A stretch of DNA of 54,388 bases. Source: a virus. Of the stretch, positions 52,185 through 54,388 are shown one piece after another. The position numbers were made by a program, and so were the translations under genes. Below the pieces are notes generated by a model. The model made no database searches. It was given only the letters and a program-made list of their open reading frames with translations, and had not been told where the DNA came from. Numbering within the stretch: position 1 is the first letter of the stretch; each line of letters begins with the position of its first letter. Location of the stretch: the IMG/VR virus record IMGVR_UViG_3300007352_000003, positions 1 through 54,388 of that record, one strand, 5' to 3'.

Positions 52185-54388
52185 ACGCTCCAAACTGGCC
52201 TGGTTGGAATCCCGCTTTCCCGATGATGAGGGTGCCGACCGGCTCGGCTGGCTGGAGTCCCTGGAGAAGAACCGCGAACACTATCGGAAACTGGCTCGCG
52301 AACACGCCGGCTTCAAAGGCCCTCGGGGAACCCAGGTTCACGACACGGCCCTGGCCATCTCGCCAGAGAATCGGGGCCTTTATCTGAGCGAGTTGCGCAA
52401 AGCGGCTCGCGAACTCCAGGCCCACGGCAAGCAATCGTTTTTTGGACGAACAGGCACTTCTGTGGCAGAAGGGATTACGGATTACGCAGTTCCCGCTGCC
52501 AAGCTACTCGGTCTGACGGAACGGCTTGATGCGGGGCAAGAACGCTTCGCCGATGAGATTCGAGGAGTCTACGAAGGCGAGGACCCCACGATTCGGCCGG
52601 ACACTCCACTCATCGGCCAGTGGACCCAAAAGGTCGCCCGGATGAGTTATCCGATGGCCACGGCCGTGCTGGGCGGCGAAGCGACCGGGGCGGCCGTCGG
52701 GGCGGCCGGGGCGCCGGCGTGGGTCGCCGGACTGGGCGCTGGCACGGCCACGGCGGGGACTTTCCTCCCGATGGTCTCGGAGGAAATGTACGGCGACTTG
52801 ATTCAGGAAGGTATCGAGCCGGACCGGGCAAAATGGATCACCCGTGGCTTTGCCCCCGCCGAGGCAGCGATTGAGTCGATCCTAGTCAACCCGTGGGCTG
52901 GCGGCGGTCAGGCGTTGAAGGCCGCGGCCAGTGGAGCCTTCCGGAGAGCGGGCTTGCAATTCGCCAAAAACTACGGCAAGGAATTGTCGGAAGAGGTCCT
53001 CCAGGGTGCCGTTCATCAAACGGCCCTCAACTTTGCCCGTGAATTGGAAGGTGCTACCGGCTCCAAGGAAATGGCGGAGGCGTTTCTGCGGGCATGGAAC
53101 CGCGAATCGCTGAAGGCCGGCTGGGAGGCGGGTAAGGAAGCGGCCGGGCCCCTGGCGATTATGATGGCCCCTGGCGGGGCGCGGCTAGGGCTGGAAGCCA
53201 GTGACGCTGCATACGTCCAGAAGTTCATGAATTTGGGGGACCGTGTAGCGGCGGGTGGGGCACCATCGAGGCGGGAAGGTAAGGCTTTGGGCATCCCCGA
53301 AGAGGAGTCAGGCAGCGCCAAAGAGCGGCGGGCGTGGTATCTGCGGAAGCAACAGGAACTCATTGAAGCGGAGGAACGTGAACGTGCAAACGCCCCGCAA
53401 GCTACTCCGCCGGTTGATCAAACTCTTCCACTTCCGCCGCCGGGCGGCCCCGCGGTTTCGCCCGCCGCCGACGCACTGGAGCCCGGAACGCCGCCAGTGG
53501 ATTTACCAGAAACAATGGTGCCAGCAGCCGCCACGCCGCCGCAAGTTGCTGGACCCGAACCCCAGGGACGGGAGGGAGTAGAGCCGCCGCCGGCCGCCCC
53601 TCCGCCACCCTCACAGGCCCCGCCGGCTTCACCAGCCCCGCAACTGCCGCCGGAGGTGACGTCTACCAAGATGGCCGTGGTCGACGATCTGCGGGTCGGA
53701 CGCGGGATGGAGGCGATTCCGCAAGTCGAGCCCCAGAAGGTCCAGACTTGGCTTGACGAAGCCGCCGAGAAGTGGGCCGGTGATCGGGACTGGCCCGACC
53801 GGCTAGCCCAAGAGTTGGCGGAGACGCCCCGCAACGTCGAACCGGTCGAGCGGATGGGGCTGCAACTCCGCTACCGAGACCTCTGGAATCAATTCTCGGC
53901 GGCCCATGACGTGATAGAGAAGGCCCAACAGGCGGGCGATTTGATCGCGGCGGCTGAAGCGGAGACGCAGACGCAGTTGCTCAATGCGAAATTGAACGCC
54001 TTTGAGGAGTCGGTCCGGAAGGCGGGGACCGCCTGGGGCCGCGCGGGCGTGGCCCAGCAGATTGAGTTGAAGTCGGACTTTTCGCCAGCGGCCCTGGTTC
54101 GCCGGGCGCGGACGGCCAAAGGCGGCGATCTGTCGCCGGAGGAACGGACCGAGTTCGAGGCCCGCGGCCAGCGAATCCAGGACCTGGAAACCAAGGTCGC
54201 GGAGGCAGAGGCCCGGGAGGAGGAGCGGGCGCGGCAAGAGGCCGTGCAGGCGGCCGTGGGGGCGGTGCCCGAGACGCCGGTTACACTCGACGGCAAGACG
54301 GCGAAAGAATGGTTGCGATCGGCTTTGGTCGAGCGGGCTGCGTCGTTGGGGGTGCCGGCCGGCGGGAAGAAGTCTGATCGGTTGATGA
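52174..54388 (+). CDS. N-terminal part of the giant (about 1,766 aa) internal/ejection-type protein; continues at base 100 via the terminal repeat
   Basis: The ATG at 52174 overlaps the stop of the previous gene. I read the frame codon by codon to the window end without a stop. There is a Gly/Ala-rich hydrophobic segment (AVLGGEATGAAVGAAGAPAWVAGLGAGTATAGTFLPMV), then a Pro-rich region, then coiled coil. The gene is absent from the ORF track because it has no stop inside the window. Confidence 0.65.
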   Translation, partial: MPDRRSKLAWLESRFPDDEGADRLGWLESLEKNREHYRKLAREHAGFKGPRGTQVHDTALAISPENRGLYLSELRKAARELQAHGKQSFFGRTGTSVAEGITDYAVPAAKLLGLTERLDAGQERFADEIRGVYEGEDPTIRPDTPLIGQWTQKVARMSYPMATAVLGGEATGAAVGAAGAPAWVAGLGAGTATAGTFLPMVSEEMYGDLIQEGIEPDRAKWITRGFAPAEAAIESILVNPWAGGGQALKAAASGAFRRAGLQFAKNYGKELSEEVLQGAVHQTALNFARELEGATGSKEMAEAFLRAWNRESLKAGWEAGKEAAGPLAIMMAPGGARLGLEASDAAYVQKFMNLGDRVAAGGAPSRREGKALGIPEEESGSAKERRAWYLRKQQELIEAEERERANAPQATPPVDQTLPLPPPGGPAVSPAADALEPGTPPVDLPETMVPAAATPPQVAGPEPQGREGVEPPPAAPPPPSQAPPASPAPQLPPEVTSTKMAVVDDLRVGRGMEAIPQVEPQKVQTWLDEAAEKWAGDRDWPDRLAQELAETPRNVEPVERMGLQLRYRDLWNQFSAAHDVIEKAQQAGDLIAAAEAETQTQLLNAKLNAFEESVRKAGTAWGRAGVAQQIELKSDFSPAALVRRARTAKGGDLSPEERTEFEARGQRIQDLETKVAEAEAREEERARQEAVQAAVGAVPETPVTLDGKTAKEWLRSALVERAASLGVPAGGKKSDRLM
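54290..54388. repeat. second copy of the 99-bp terminal repeat
   Basis: Identical to 1-99. Confidence 0.95.

Overview
This window appears to be a complete, circularly closing genome of about 54.29 kb from a visibly GC-rich, temperate, podovirus-like dsDNA phage. Bases 1-99 are identical to 54290-54388, and one reading frame of about 1,766 codons runs through that join. No rRNA, complete tRNA, CRISPR array, reverse transcriptase or transposase is visible.

Apparent layout, read around the circle:
- Lysis-like cassette at 3.2-5.8 kb: a secreted Pro-rich protein, a papain-fold Cys peptidase and a holin-like membrane protein.
- Integration module at 5.8-7.5 kb: a tRNA 3-prime fragment that could be the attP core, a Xis-like HTH gene and a tyrosine integrase.
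- Lower-GC small early genes at 7.6-9.3 kb, separated by a thrice-repeated intergenic cassette.
- Recombination and replication genes at 9.3-22.5 kb: a DnaQ-like exonuclease, a Sak4-like ATPase, a DUF669-like SSB, an orphan DPPY methyltransferase, a RecD-like helicase, an ERCC4 nuclease, many tiny Cys-rich ORFs, a Toprim primase and an SF3-type NTPase.
- An AT-rich non-coding island at 22.5-22.8 kb.
- The only minus-strand block, at 23.9-27.3 kb: a serine recombinase, small acidic or Cys-rich ORFs separated by a conserved C-rich spacer, and a DUF932 gene.
- A 650-nt repeat-rich non-coding gap at 27.3-27.9 kb.
- The virion module at 27.9-54.3 kb, wrapping round to 3.2 kb: terminase, a lipoprotein moron, portal, scaffold, capsid, jelly-roll paralogues, a LamG protein, a beta-helix tailspike, fibres, a glycosyltransferase-methyltransferase fusion, and three consecutive putative internal or ejection proteins, the last of them giant.

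Product names rest on motifs I could read in the translations or on gene order. No database search was possible. Most structural assignments (portal, capsid, scaffold, small terminase, ejection proteins) are therefore inferences.
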